Origin: an uncultured archaeon
Lineage (GTDB): Archaea; Asgardarchaeota; Thorarchaeia; Thorarchaeales; Thorarchaeaceae
Direction of reading: 5' to 3'
Assembly: GCA_964610875.1 (NCBI GenBank)
Contig: CAZSWP010000017.1
Span: 4,940-68,939, forward strand
Length of the DNA: 64,000 nucleotides
Both the position numbers and the translations under genes were made by a program. Each line of letters starts with the position of its first letter. Within the stretch, counting starts at the first letter, position 1. The notes under the pieces were generated by a model. That model did no database searches and was not told the origin of the DNA. It saw only the letters and a list, made by a program, of their open reading frames with translations. Positions 47,711 through 59,200 of this stretch are shown piece after piece.

Positions 47711-47817
47711 GGTTTGACTCTCCAGTAATCAACCCCCAGTACTCAATATATATTGATATAATTTGCGTAATTCTAAGAAAATGGAGAAATATGGGAGAAA
47801 ACCCCCAATTTCTCAGT

Positions 47818-48981
47818 TTATAGCATTTGTTTGAACACTTCACGTTGTATCAAGAAACGTAATATCTCAGCAGTGCCGCCACCAATTGTCATTAGACGCG
47901 CATCTCTCAGGAAGCGCTCTACCGGATAATCAGTGGTATACCCCATTCCTCCAAGTATCTGGAGAGCATCATTAGTTATCTGTATGGCAGCTTCGGTTGT
48001 GAATAGCTTTGCCATAGCGCCCTCCTTAGTGATTTTCTGGCCTTTATCATACATCCTAGCAGCTGTAAGTGTCAGAGCTCGTCCTGCTTCTAGCTTTGTG
48101 GCCATATCAGCTATCTTAAAGCTCACACCTTCAAAGGCTCTAATTGGACGACCAAATTGATGTCGTTCATTGGAATACTTCACCGCTACTTCATATGGTG
48201 TGCGGCCATAACCAATTGCCTCTGCAGCAATTGCAGTCCTCTCACTATCAAGCTCATCCATAAGAATTGGGAATCCTTGTCCTGGTTCACCGAGAAGCTG
48301 TCCAGGTTTGACACGCACATTATCGAGTTTCAGCCATGATACTCTTGCTGATTTCATTCCTAAGAGTTCGTGATCCTGAACCACGCTGAAACCATCAGAT
48401 TTTGTATCAACTATGAATGCGCTCATTCCATCCTTAGATTTCACACTTGGATCAGTTATCGCGAATGCACACATGAAATCTGCTTGGCTACCATTCGTGA
48501 TGAATCGCTTCTCTCCATTGAGAATCCACTCATCACCATCTTTCTCAGCTGTTGTCTTCATTCCAGCTGTATCAGAACCCACTTCAGGCTCAGTGATACC
48601 AATACAGCCAATATTGTCACCTTTGATGATAGGTTCTAGGTACTTTTTCTTCTGTTCACTGGTTCCAAAGACACTGATAGGCATTCCATAGAGTGTAGTT
48701 GATGCCATCCTGGCCATATCGAGACCACCATTTGCTGCAGAAATCTCTTCAGCAACAATGATTTCATACGAAAGCCCACGAGCAGTGCCCCCTACTTCTT
48801 TCTCATGGTGCACACCCATATATCCCGCTTGACCTATCTTCCTGAGCAGTTCCCTAGGATAAGGGCCCTTGTCAATGTCATCGGAAATAGGATAGATCTC
48901 TTTGTCACAGAACTCTCGAATTTCTTTTCGGAATTCGATTTCTTCTTCGGTCCACAGAATCGAACTGAGATAGTCAACCAT
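47818..48981 (-). CDS. Acyl-CoA dehydrogenase
   Basis: Carries GCIGITEPEVGSDTAGMKTTA, FITNGSQADF, QILGGMGYTTDYPVERFLRDARLMTIGGGTAEI. Confidence 0.9.
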   Translation of the reverse strand: MVDYLSSILWTEEEIEFRKEIREFCDKEIYPISDDIDKGPYPRELLRKIGQAGYMGVHHEKEVGGTARGLSYEIIVAEEISAANGGLDMARMASTTLYGMPISVFGTSEQKKKYLEPIIKGDNIGCIGITEPEVGSDTAGMKTTAEKDGDEWILNGEKRFITNGSQADFMCAFAITDPSVKSKDGMSAFIVDTKSDGFSVVQDHELLGMKSARVSWLKLDNVRVKPGQLLGEPGQGFPILMDELDSERTAIAAEAIGYGRTPYEVAVKYSNERHQFGRPIRAFEGVSFKIADMATKLEAGRALTLTAARMYDKGQKITKEGAMAKLFTTEAAIQITNDALQILGGMGYTTDYPVERFLRDARLMTIGGGTAEILRFLIQREVFKQML

Positions 48982-49048
48982 TGTCTAAACCTACCCGCCG
49001 CAGGAATTATTCCCTTAAATCAGTAACGAGCGAGGAAATATACTAGAT

Positions 49049-49384
49049 TCAATTAATTTGCTGAACTATCAAGCGCTTAGAGGAATCATATCCTATTGTT
49101 ACGCGACTGTCAACTTTGATTGATTCAATAAGCTCGGGAGCCACATGACATAGTGCTTGTAGTCCTTCATCCAGTTCTACCAGTGCAAGGAAAACATGTG
49201 ACTCAAAACCTTCAGGAGGTCTATGAAGAGTAGTATGACTCTTTATAGTACCAATTGGTTTCATTAGAATCAATTCAGTCTTTTCTTTTGTGTCAGGACA
49301 AAATGGACAAGTTTCCCGAGGGGGGATTACATTTCTCCCACAGAATCTACAATGAGATGCTTCTATTCCATCAGAAACCAACAC
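49049..49384 (-). CDS. DUF35-type Zn-ribbon/OB-fold protein (short)
   Basis: Has the zinc ribbon CRFCGRNVIPPRETCPFCPD followed by an OB-like C-terminus. The start is GTG. Confidence 0.65.
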   Translation of the reverse strand: MLVSDGIEASHCRFCGRNVIPPRETCPFCPDTKEKTELILMKPIGTIKSHTTLHRPPEGFESHVFLALVELDEGLQALCHVAPELIESIKVDSRVTIGYDSSKRLIVQQIN

Positions 49385-49430
49385 AGCGACCTTCCCATAT
49401 CTTACACCAATAATGAGAAGAGAATCTGTA

Positions 49431-49769
49431 TTAACCCTTTTTCGTTTTCAAGGTGCGAACGACAGTTTTCATATGTTTCTTAATGAATTTCATAAACTTG
49501 ATATCCTCAGTCAGATGAAGCTGAGTTCCATTGGAAAGAGAATTGATATCTCCATCAATCTCAATGGCTTCACCAAGGTCAATAATATCCTGTTTGAATA
49601 TCCCCTCTATTGCATGAGGAGAGAATCCTTCTTTCTTGTAAACTGGGAAAATCTGTCCTTTTGTCGCACTACCACCCATCTTTACAAGTGATAGAACCAT
49701 TAGCCAATGATGCCAAGCTAACGTATAGTTCTCAAGAAATCTCATTACTTCATCAAGCGACTTTGTCAT
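49431..49769 (-). CDS. Small hypothetical protein (possibly wHTH-like)
   Basis: 112 aa. GGGTGGA lies 8 nt upstream of the ATG. It is the last gene of the co-directional cluster. Confidence 0.45.
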   Translation of the reverse strand: MTKSLDEVMRFLENYTLAWHHWLMVLSLVKMGGSATKGQIFPVYKKEGFSPHAIEGIFKQDIIDLGEAIEIDGDINSLSNGTQLHLTEDIKFMKFIKKHMKTVVRTLKTKKG

Positions 49770-49783
49770 TTGTATTATCCACC

Positions 49784-51175
49784 CTAATCTGTATCATTGT
49801 TTTCTTCTGCTTGACCTGTTTCTTCATCTTCTGTACTAGTATCTACTTGTTCTGTTACTTCTTTAATTGCTTCTTCATCCATACCCGCAAGATTCTTTGC
49901 CACTTCTGAAAGGTTCATGGGTCGGATTTTGTCATCCTGAATCTCAACCAGACCTGCATCAATGAATTTCTGTAGTTGTCGCTTTAATAACACCATAGGA
50001 ACACCTAGAGCTGACGATAGGTGTTGTATGGGGAACCAATGCGTCTTCCCAGCAACTACAAAATACGCTTTGAATGCGGGTTCATCCTCTGCGACTTGGT
50101 AAAGCATTTCCCAACGGGCTTGCATTTCTGCAACATCTGCTTTTGCTGACCCAAATTCCTCTTCTAATGATGTAATTTCACCTTCCAAATTTGCAATTCT
50201 GGAAGAATAGGTTATATTTTCAGATTCTATTGTTTGAATTCGTCCTTTAGATTTCGCAAGCTCATCTTGAAGAGATTGGATATACTTCTCTTTTTGAAGC
50301 GTTATCTCTTCCAATTCACTGATTCTTCCTCTTGCTTCAGCAAGCTCAGTTGATTTATGTTCGAATTCTTCCACTAAATCAGCAGCAGTATCTAGTTTTT
50401 CAATCAAGTTTCTCTGTTGTTCAATCTGAGATTGAGCTTGACTCAATTCGCCTTTGGTAGCGGATAGTTCATCGTTTCGTTCAGAAACAGTTTTTTTCGC
50501 TTCTGCAAGAGAAGTTTTTAGGTCATCAATTTCTTCCTGTAATTGAACCATTGAAACATTCTTTTGCTGAACTTGAGTTTCTAGCTCTTTTGCCTTGCTC
50601 CTCCATTTTCTTGCCTCAGCCTGTGCAAGTTCGAGATTTTTTTCGGTTTCATTAATCGAAGCATAAAGTCGCAGTAATCTCTCTTGAAGAGAACCTGTTG
50701 ATTTACCGATTGTCTTGGCAGTACCCCGACTAGCTTTAGTGAGAACATCTTCAACTTGTTCTTTTGCATCCGAAATGGCTTCTTGAATAATTTTGAGAAT
50801 CTTCTCTATGGAAAGATTTTGTTTTAGCTCCTGATTCACAATGGATACAGCACGATTAGCAAAGACGCCCAGACCAGCTCCCTTCAGTTTTTCACTTAGC
50901 CTTTGTGAGATCCCTTCCAATTGCTTTTCAATTTCTGGTTCAGTGTTACTTAGACTATCTTCAATATTGGAGAGAATATCATCCATACGAACTTTGATTC
51001 TCTCAAAGGTTTCATCGACTTGTGACATGCCTTGGTCCGAGAAGGAGGTTTCCCCTGGTTTTTCATCCTCTAAAGGAACACCTTCTTGAATTGCTTGTTC
51101 CATAAGGATACGAGTCTTTTCTTCAATATCCTCTGGACTTTCCTCTTCAGGTTGGTCCTCCTTTCGACCTGACAC
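49784..51175 (-). CDS. Long coiled-coil protein with C-terminal winged-helix-like domain and acidic ends
   Basis: Heptad-rich Q/E/K/L segments (LELAQAEARKWRSKAKELETQVQQ..., ISELEEITLQKEKYIQSLQDELAKSK...). The C-terminus is HWFPIQHLSSALGVPMVLLKRQLQKFIDAGLVEI. The GTG start is preceded by GAGGTG. Confidence 0.6.
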   Translation of the reverse strand: MSGRKEDQPEEESPEDIEEKTRILMEQAIQEGVPLEDEKPGETSFSDQGMSQVDETFERIKVRMDDILSNIEDSLSNTEPEIEKQLEGISQRLSEKLKGAGLGVFANRAVSIVNQELKQNLSIEKILKIIQEAISDAKEQVEDVLTKASRGTAKTIGKSTGSLQERLLRLYASINETEKNLELAQAEARKWRSKAKELETQVQQKNVSMVQLQEEIDDLKTSLAEAKKTVSERNDELSATKGELSQAQSQIEQQRNLIEKLDTAADLVEEFEHKSTELAEARGRISELEEITLQKEKYIQSLQDELAKSKGRIQTIESENITYSSRIANLEGEITSLEEEFGSAKADVAEMQARWEMLYQVAEDEPAFKAYFVVAGKTHWFPIQHLSSALGVPMVLLKRQLQKFIDAGLVEIQDDKIRPMNLSEVAKNLAGMDEEAIKEVTEQVDTSTEDEETGQAEENNDTD

Positions 51176-51186
51176 CTATGTGCACC

Positions 51187-51564
51187 TCAGTGCAAAATTC
51201 CACGATATCCCATAGATGTAAGTTTTGCAGCTGTTTCCTTCAACTCTTCAGAAACAGTTGCTGCTTCCTGAATTCTAGACATCAATTCTTTGCGGAATTC
51301 AATTGCTGTCAGTTCACCTTTGTCAAGCCGTTCTGTAAGAGCACTGCGTTCATCCTGAAGTTTTTCTCGTCGTTTTTGAAGTCGCTCATAGTCCGCAACT
51401 AATTTCACCAACTCACCCTGTGTCTCCGGATCAAGTTCATCCACATCAGGAGGTGTTATACCTTTCTCAGGCATCGGGGTAGATGGCGTCATAATTTCAC
51501 GTGCTTTCACAGTAGTTCGTGATTTCTTTTTCTTTCGTCTTCTCCAACTGTCAAATAGACCCAT
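51187..51564 (-). CDS. Small basic-N-terminus coiled-coil protein
   Basis: Starts MGLFDSWRRRKKKKS, then a helical LVKLVADYERLQKRREKLQDERSALTERL segment. AGGTGGAG lies 5 nt upstream. Confidence 0.55.
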   Translation of the reverse strand: MGLFDSWRRRKKKKSRTTVKAREIMTPSTPMPEKGITPPDVDELDPETQGELVKLVADYERLQKRREKLQDERSALTERLDKGELTAIEFRKELMSRIQEAATVSEELKETAAKLTSMGYRGILH

Positions 51565-51576
51565 TGTTCTCCACCT

Positions 51577-52143
51577 TTACATGTTTTCGATTTTTTCTTG
51601 TATCTCTTTCAATTGAATTTCAAATTCCTTGCGCATTTCAGAGGCGACTCTCGCTTTATCGGCATATTCATCTGCACCAGCAGGGTCATTTAACTCCATT
51701 TCAGCAAGTTCATTCTCTTTTTCAAAAAGACGCGCAATCTTTGTCCGAATTTCATCAGCTTCTCTGAGTAATTCGTCCTTTGAAGCATCATGCGATGGTT
51801 CAATATCCTCTGAGGGTGTTTCCTCCCTTTCAATGATTACTTCATCATCTGATGTATCCTCAGCTGATTCTTTGTAGGACCTAAGACGGACAGATATACC
51901 CTGCTCCAATTCTTTCTCCAGTTTTTCCATTCGGCTTACAATATCATCCATCTTGGATTCAAATCGTTTTATCGTGACTGTCTGTCTATCAATAGTTTTG
52001 AATAACTCATTAGCAAAATCCTCAAAGTTAAGGCCATACTTGAAACTATCAAGGGTTTCTTTCATCTTCCCAATTTCTGTGATTAATCTGCGGCGTTCTT
52101 CTTCATTAACAATAGACTTGGATTCATCACTGTGTTCACTCAA
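51577..52143 (-). CDS. Acidic coiled-coil protein
   Basis: Helical and acidic throughout. I chose the TTG at 52143, 1 nt after the GTPase stop, with GAGGTGGAG upstream. The maximal ORF (to 52182) would overlap the GTPase gene by 38 nt. Confidence 0.55.
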   Translation of the reverse strand: MSEHSDESKSIVNEEERRRLITEIGKMKETLDSFKYGLNFEDFANELFKTIDRQTVTIKRFESKMDDIVSRMEKLEKELEQGISVRLRSYKESAEDTSDDEVIIEREETPSEDIEPSHDASKDELLREADEIRTKIARLFEKENELAEMELNDPAGADEYADKARVASEMRKEFEIQLKEIQEKIENM

Positions 52144-52144
52144 T

Positions 52145-53026
52145 CTACTCCACCTCAATATCTCCCACAATTCTAAAATCAATTGTTTCGAAAGCCAAAG
52201 CTTTCAGTAATTTCAACCATCTATCCCGGAAATCTCGCTGGTTTGCTTGCATGCCATAAGCAGGTACATCAAGTCGTTTTCCAACCTCTTGGGGTGATAA
52301 AGCACCCTTCAAGTCCTGTTTATTTGCGATAGCAATTGCTCTCGCATAGGGTAATTCCTGTTTCAATACAGGATATGCCACACGTTTGGTCCATGCTAGA
52401 TTTTCCTTTGTTGAATCTGCAACAATTACCACCATACTCCCAGCACGGATAATTTTTCCCCATTCTTGGACAAACCTATCCTGACCACCAAGGTCGAATA
52501 TACTGAAAACATACGGATCAAAATCTGCTTTCAATAGCGATTTGTCACCAAAGAATGTAGGCACATATTCTTGAGGAGGTCCCTGTGATGGTAATGTCGC
52601 CAGTTCAAGCAAGGTTGTTTTTCCAGTACCGCCATGCCCTGCAAGGCATAACTTGACTGGAATTCTTCCTACAATGTTCCTGAAACCTGTCTTGAAAGGT
52701 GAGAAATCTGTTGATTTCCATTCATTAGATTCTAATGTACTCTCAAATGCTGTCATGAATTTTGATACTAGATTCATTATTGCTTCTTCTACTTTGGACA
52801 ATGAAGCTTGACGATCCATGGTTACAATAAATTGTGTATCATGGCTGTTCATGTAGACATATCTGAACCGTTCGATTTCCATGGAATCAATTTTCCATTC
52901 TTGAAGTTTCTTTGCAGAAGATGATACGAGCATCATGACAGCACTGCCATCAAGATCATTATTGGGTACAATGATATCTTGAAAGAGAACTTGTCCGTCT
53001 TTAAACACATTGATCTCTCGGAGCAT
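52145..53026 (-). CDS. Longin/roadblock-like domain fused to a small GTPase (Arf/SR-beta-like G3)
   Basis: The N-terminal 120 aa (MLREINVFKDGQVLFQDIIV...FIVTMDRQASL...) are longin/roadblock-like. They are followed by G1 GHGGTGKT, G3 DLGGQ and G4 NKQD. Confidence 0.8.
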   Translation of the reverse strand: MLREINVFKDGQVLFQDIIVPNNDLDGSAVMMLVSSSAKKLQEWKIDSMEIERFRYVYMNSHDTQFIVTMDRQASLSKVEEAIMNLVSKFMTAFESTLESNEWKSTDFSPFKTGFRNIVGRIPVKLCLAGHGGTGKTTLLELATLPSQGPPQEYVPTFFGDKSLLKADFDPYVFSIFDLGGQDRFVQEWGKIIRAGSMVVIVADSTKENLAWTKRVAYPVLKQELPYARAIAIANKQDLKGALSPQEVGKRLDVPAYGMQANQRDFRDRWLKLLKALAFETIDFRIVGDIEVE

Positions 53027-53182
53027 TATCTAAACACCTTCATGGCCAGCAACATAATCGGAACTAACGCATAATGTATGTGAATTGTTTTCATAATAGA
53101 CTATTGTGTTTGGAATGTGCTCACTAGTATCATTTGATGTTTTATTTGGGAGTTGATACTTAACACACATTCTGAACACATT

Positions 53183-53219
53183 CCTTAAAGAAATAAATAA
53201 GGGAGGATTGAAATCCTCC
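53183..53219 (-). terminator. Hairpin plus T-rich tract directly after the giant gene stop
   Basis: Read on the minus strand, GGAGGAT-ttca-ATCCTCC is followed by CTTATTTATTTCTTT. Confidence 0.4.
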
Positions 53220-53233
53220 AATATTCTCCAAGT

Positions 53234-56200
53234 CTATTCTTCTTCTGGTTCTTCTTCAGCTTCAGACACTGCCTCCTTTTCTTCTTCGGATTCCGATGTT
53301 TCTTCAGATTCATCCTCTACTTCCTCCAGGTCAGATTCCGATTCCTCCTCGATCTCTTCATACTCAGGAAGTGTATCGTCATCAGAACTGGTAGATTCAT
53401 CATCAATGTCTACTTCTTCATCGGTTTCGCCCATATCGGCTTCTTCAACCTCAGGTCCCTCAGCTTCAGATGAAGTCTCTTCAGGTTTCTCTGAAACCTC
53501 AGCATCAGCAGATGATGTGTCCTCAATATCCTCGGTTTCAGAATCATCAGTTTCAATTGAGGCATCGTCCGTTTCATCAATTTGCTCAGCTTCTTCAGCT
53601 TCTTCTGCTTCCTCAAGCTCAGCACCTTCAGACTCATCATCTTCAACGACTTCTTCAGCTTCAGTTTCCTCAACATCTTGTGATACTTCAGATTCATCAA
53701 CATCAGATGCTTCATCAACGGGCCTTTCTTCTACAATGGAATCGAGTTCAGCTTCTAACTCAGATTCATAATCCTCAGATATGTCCTCCTCAGGAGCTTC
53801 GTCGGCACCAATCTCATCAAGAGCGTCTAGTTCGCCCAAGAGATCATCGGTTTCTTCTGCCAGAACATCGTATTCATAGCCCGGACCAACATCAATTGCT
53901 GGAGCAGAGATATCAAGTTCAGCAAGTCCTGCTGCAAGAAGTTCAGAAATAACTTGACCCATAGACTTGATGTTCTCAACCTTCGCGGTCTTCTGATCTT
54001 CAATTGCACTGACTGCCTTATTGATCTGTTTGATGACTACAGGTATCTTCCAACGACGATAGCCTACCGCGGCACCAGCAACAGCACCGAATAATACAGT
54101 CATGTACAGGATTGTCATCAATAGAGAAACAGGAACGACTAGAAAACCAGATAACCCAATTGGACTTAGGATATCTAAAGTCTGTTCTGAGATTGTTACC
54201 TGGATAGCCACATCCGTCTTATTCTCGTACATCGGTGCAGTAGCACTGAGATATACAGAGTATGGTTCTGCACGAAGCTCACCAATCTGTTCTGTGACAA
54301 GACTGATGAGATAGTGTGAACCATTGTATGTAATTTGACCTGCTGACAGTGTATATGTAGCAATAGGAGTTGTTACACTCACATCAATAACATTGTTTGT
54401 TCCAATCGGAACTTGATTAGCTAGGTCAAAGTATTGGAACACAATCCATAGTGTACTTCCTTCCTCTGCAACCACTGAAGGTCCAGTTAGAGAGGTCCTT
54501 GCATAGATGGTCAAGCTTGGATGAATAGTTATAGTGGTATAGTTCACAAGTGTAGCAGTGATGTTGAGTTCAAGCACACCAGGGATGTAACTAAGATCGA
54601 TATCAGAGGGATCAAAGTTCAGCTGATATTGACCAGTGCCTGCTTGGTAAGTTGCAGTATAGTCAGTACCGGCATATGTCATGGTTATGGTAGCCCCCAC
54701 AAGATTGCCAGATAGACTGACTGCAGTGTCTGATATAGAGAACGTCAGCAGGATGTCAAGACCTGTTGCATCGGTATATACTGTGTAGCTTGTTGCATCT
54801 GCACTGAGTTCAGTATCTACTGTTTCGATCGTGATATCGAGTACATAATCTGGTATGGTGTAGTTCTCATTTATGACTCGGATGTAGAGTTCATACACTC
54901 CTGCAGGTACTTCTCCCGCATTTATGACGACGAAATAGTCATCATTGTCATCATAGAATGTCAAAGGATGGAGCGTTATGTATCCACTCCAGAGATAGAA
55001 CACATCCGCAAACTCAATTGGGACATTTCCTCTGTAAATATCATTGACTCCGACACGGACCTCGAATGTGTTTGACCACTTTACTGTGATGGAATCATCA
55101 CTGGGCATTGTGAGTTCATCAGGAATAATTACTCCCTCAATTGGATTGACAATTACACTCGTTGTATTGAAGCTGTCAACATAGTTCGGTAGAGTATAGT
55201 TCAAAGTAAGAACATACCCCTCATCCCGGGCTGCGAACCATAAACTAGATGTGAAATTAACTCTGAATGTTCCATTCTGATAGTTTATCATATTCTCGGA
55301 ATACGGTCCATAGTATACCGTGATTGATGCACTCTCCCATATCATACCTCCGTGCAGTGCATCGTAGAGTGTAGCAGTGATAAAGATATTATCAGACCAA
55401 TAGACATCCTCAACTACGTCTATTAAGAGAGAAGTATCGGTCTCTCGCATCAACACGAATACGGTTTCTGGAATATCGTGTGTCTGAAATCCTTCAAGGA
55501 AGATATCAATTTGAATGATGTAGAAACTCGCACTCACAGCAGCTGTCATTCCAAGAGTCCTAGTATCAATCAATAGACTGTAGGTGCCATTCTCATGGTT
55601 AAACAAGCCCATTATTTCTACAGCAGGATTGACAATTTGAGTTATTGAACTATCATATGTTTCAATTCCATCCCCAGTCAAAGTATTATTCCAGAAGAAG
55701 CGAATCTCGAATATGTCCGCATAGTATTGTTCAAAGTATTGCTGTTCAAGGATAATCTCATTTGGTACTGCAAGAATCCTCACAAAGATTGTTGTTACAT
55801 CGGTGGTTGCTCCTGCATCAGTTGCAGTAATAATAATCTCGTAGAGTTCAGATTGTGGTACCGCATCAAACGCATTCAATGAGATATTGTAAAATCCACT
55901 GCCTTGTCCATCCAAACCACCTTCAAGGTCTACAATGGACTCAAGATACCAGTCATAGCTGATTGTTGCTGAATCCACAGGTGTAGTTGTCCTTGATTGG
56001 TCCCATAAGAAGACCTCGAGTACAAACGATTCGGTCCAATATACCTCAAGAGGATTCTCAGAGGAACCAAATTCGGTCTCAATGAGTAATGGTACACGTA
56101 TATTAACTGTCAGCTGGAATGCTGCATTATCGTGGTTATCTTTTGAGAATGTTATATCCAAGACGTAGCTACCAGATTCAAGGTTAGTACCCAACGATAT

Positions 56201-59200
56201 TGAGTACTCCCCATCGCCCATATATGCTACATTAATTGAGTCTGTCCAGTTGTGTGTATATGACGCTCCAGATAATGGAACAGAACCTGCAGTTCGTTCA
56301 TAAAATATCAAGAAATTAGCTGTTCCCAACCAATCAACTGTGATATCACTAGACCCAGTGACACCCATCGTTATGGGAGCTGGAGACACAGTTAGCAGAC
56401 TTGCTAAAGCTTTTGTGGCTTGAGCATAGTTTGCTTTGGAACATGTGATAGTTAAGTTCCAATCACCAACTGGAAGTAAATCACTTGAGAATGTATAGGT
56501 AAATGTACCACCTGAGGCAGAAAGTGTCTTCGTTGCATTGAGATATGACACACCTGCATCAGTGTACCATCTTAGAACCACTGTAACACTGGAAAGTCCA
56601 GGATTGGTTGTGTTGTCTGGATCGAAAATGTAAGTGAATGTGATATCCTGAGTCGTTCCTACATTCCAATCATAACCTGAAACTGGTGTGATGATTACCT
56701 GCATTGGAATTTCTTCTACAGTTATATCACCAGTGATTGATTGACTGATATAGTTCTGTTTCTCCAAGCTGATAATCAATGTGTAGAAATCAACATTGAG
56801 TTGGTTTAAGACACTCTGTGGAAGAATGAACACATCTCCGCTTGGATTAAGGTCACCAGAGGCAATTGTTGTTGATCCTCGTTTGATAGTATATGTATAG
56901 ATGTCTAAATCTGTCACATTCACATTATTGGTTGTATCCTCTAGCCAGAACTGGTAATCATTATGAGACCCATAGTAATCAACTATCGAGGTTGTTTCAG
57001 ATCCATCATCTGTCAAAGCATTTTGAACTGTGACATAGAGAGTGATTGGCGCTGGGTCATCATAGGTATCAGTATGAGCGCTCACCCGTATTGTATATGG
57101 AGTTTCAGAAGCATTCATCAACCAATAGTCAGTATCAATAATGATTGTGAAATTGATAGTTCCATCATTGGTTACATAGAAGTACCCTGAGTTATTCCAA
57201 GTACCTGAACCAATAAATGTGGATTCGAAGAAGATACTGAAGTTGACCCAGGTAGTGACATAGGAAGATATCTGACTTGTATCATTATCACCATCTCTAT
57301 CATAATATCCCACAATAGCAGTGGCATTCCTTCCCCACCGTACATTGAGGAAATATGCAGTAGAGTTGAGTTCGGTATACTGCTCATTATATGTAGGTGC
57401 TATGATGTAAATAACATTCTCATAGGTCCAATCAAAGTCACATTTTACTATGACAGATGATTCGGACTGATCGCCTGAAATGACGTCCACAGTGTATGAT
57501 AGAGAATATGGACTACTCATGTTTCCATGAATGTAGAAGAATGTGACCTGACCTGAACTATTAGTGTTTCCTTGAGCAATAAGACCAACACCCACTAGAG
57601 TTACGTTTACCTGAGCATTTTGAACAACTGCTTCAGTTCCTTCCTGTCTTACTTCAATGTTTAGTCTAGTGATAGCAAGATTTACCGTGAAAGTAATCTC
57701 ACCCTGTACATTTGTCTGAATGATATCTGCAGTATTATTGCGAGCGGTCTGAGTCAGAGGATAGTCATCGTCCTTCCAGACATCCATCTGCCATGTACCA
57801 TTCACAATACGATAGAACTCAAAGTACCCATTCTCATCAGAAGTTGCAGTAATAGAGTATGCATTCTCATTTAGTGTGTTATTGATTTTAATGGTGGCAC
57901 CTTCCACAGGTTGGTCATCCCAGCTATTAACGTAGATGTTCATGGTAACAAGTGGTAGTACCCAATCGGGATGGCTGAAAGAACCTCCTATAAACTCAGT
58001 CTGACTTATTGTCCAAGCACCGAAATTGGTCATATCATCGTAAGTATAGCTGTCTACTGGACCATCATATCTTACAAAGACATCGTAATCACCAACAGGC
58101 ACGCGATAGAAATACGCCCAACCAGTACTGTTCACTACATCATAGTCTGTGAAGTTAGCTGTATTGCCATCCGGAGATAATCTTACGGTCGTTGTTTCGT
58201 CTGGATTATCATTCATAGAATCGGACATTAGATCATCAAAGTGAATTTCAATTGACGCTAGGTCTAGAGTTATTGTCACAGGTGTAACAGAACCAGTGAT
58301 TGCTTGGTTTGTGGAGTCTGTGCTTTCCCAGACCTGTGAGGAAGATAACCAAGTTGCAGTAATGTTTGTACGGATATCATAGGTTATGTTGCTCAGACCT
58401 TCGAAGATTATCAAACCATTTGCATCAGTAGTGCCAGTCCGAGTTCTTCCATTGTCATCTTCCCAAACATCACCAGTTGTATTGTATAGTGTAACGGTGG
58501 CGCCTTCAACAGGTACACCATCTAGGTCTACTACAGTTACATCCAACTCGAAGAGGTTTACCTCCTCTCCAAGGTCAATTGAGAATCCATTCTGGTCATT
58601 TTCAGGAGAATAAGCTGGTACCATCCATCCAAATCCCGTATCAGAAGTTGGATAATACGGAGATGTGGTTGAGAATTTGCCAACATCAACAACGCCGACT
58701 GTTGCGTTTGATGTGATGTGATAGAGTGTCATGCTTGTAGACCAAGGCATGAAATATGTCATTCCACCCTTAGGAATCTCAAGTGTTTGGCCGTTATAGC
58801 CTTCAATGTCCACTTCTGCATTCTCAAGAGCAACAATCATGAATTTGTAACTTCTAGTTCCCCAGAGTTTGTAATTACTACCGTAACGATCACCAGTGAT
58901 TGTGGGCACCCAATCCCCTGCATCTGTTGCAGAAGTTGGATTGTAGAGTCCCTCTACCATAATCATGTAATTCTCCTCTGCTACAATGTGGAGGATATCT
59001 TCAGTATTGGTATCACTTGCCGTGCCACGAGCGATAAGCTGTGAGCTGTTTGCCGCTATAGTAAGAGTTCCACCAAAGACAAAACCAGAACCACTATTTC
59101 GATACCAATCTACTTCAACAGTGGTATCGTTCAGGTTTGTGACTCGTGTGTAGTCGCTACTATGTCCCATATCAATGGTATAGAACTCTTCTCCAGCCAA

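Noticed and set aside
51187-51564. The MGLFD... N-terminus is reminiscent of ESCRT-III/CHMP or PspA-type proteins.
   Set aside because: The protein is only 125 aa with a single short coiled coil, and the similarity is limited to 5 residues. This is not enough to call it ESCRT-III.
53030-53221. 63-aa minus-strand ORF between the giant gene and the GTPase fusion.
   Set aside because: It spans the terminator-like hairpin and an AT-rich promoter-like region, has no RBS and has odd composition. It is more likely intergenic.
53208-53771. 187-aa Ser-rich ORF on the plus strand, plus 53470..53952 (+) and 53410..53718 (-).
   Set aside because: These are antisense or alternate-frame shadows of the GAA/GAT-rich acidic tail of the giant gene. 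Low-complexity composition produces long open frames on both strands.
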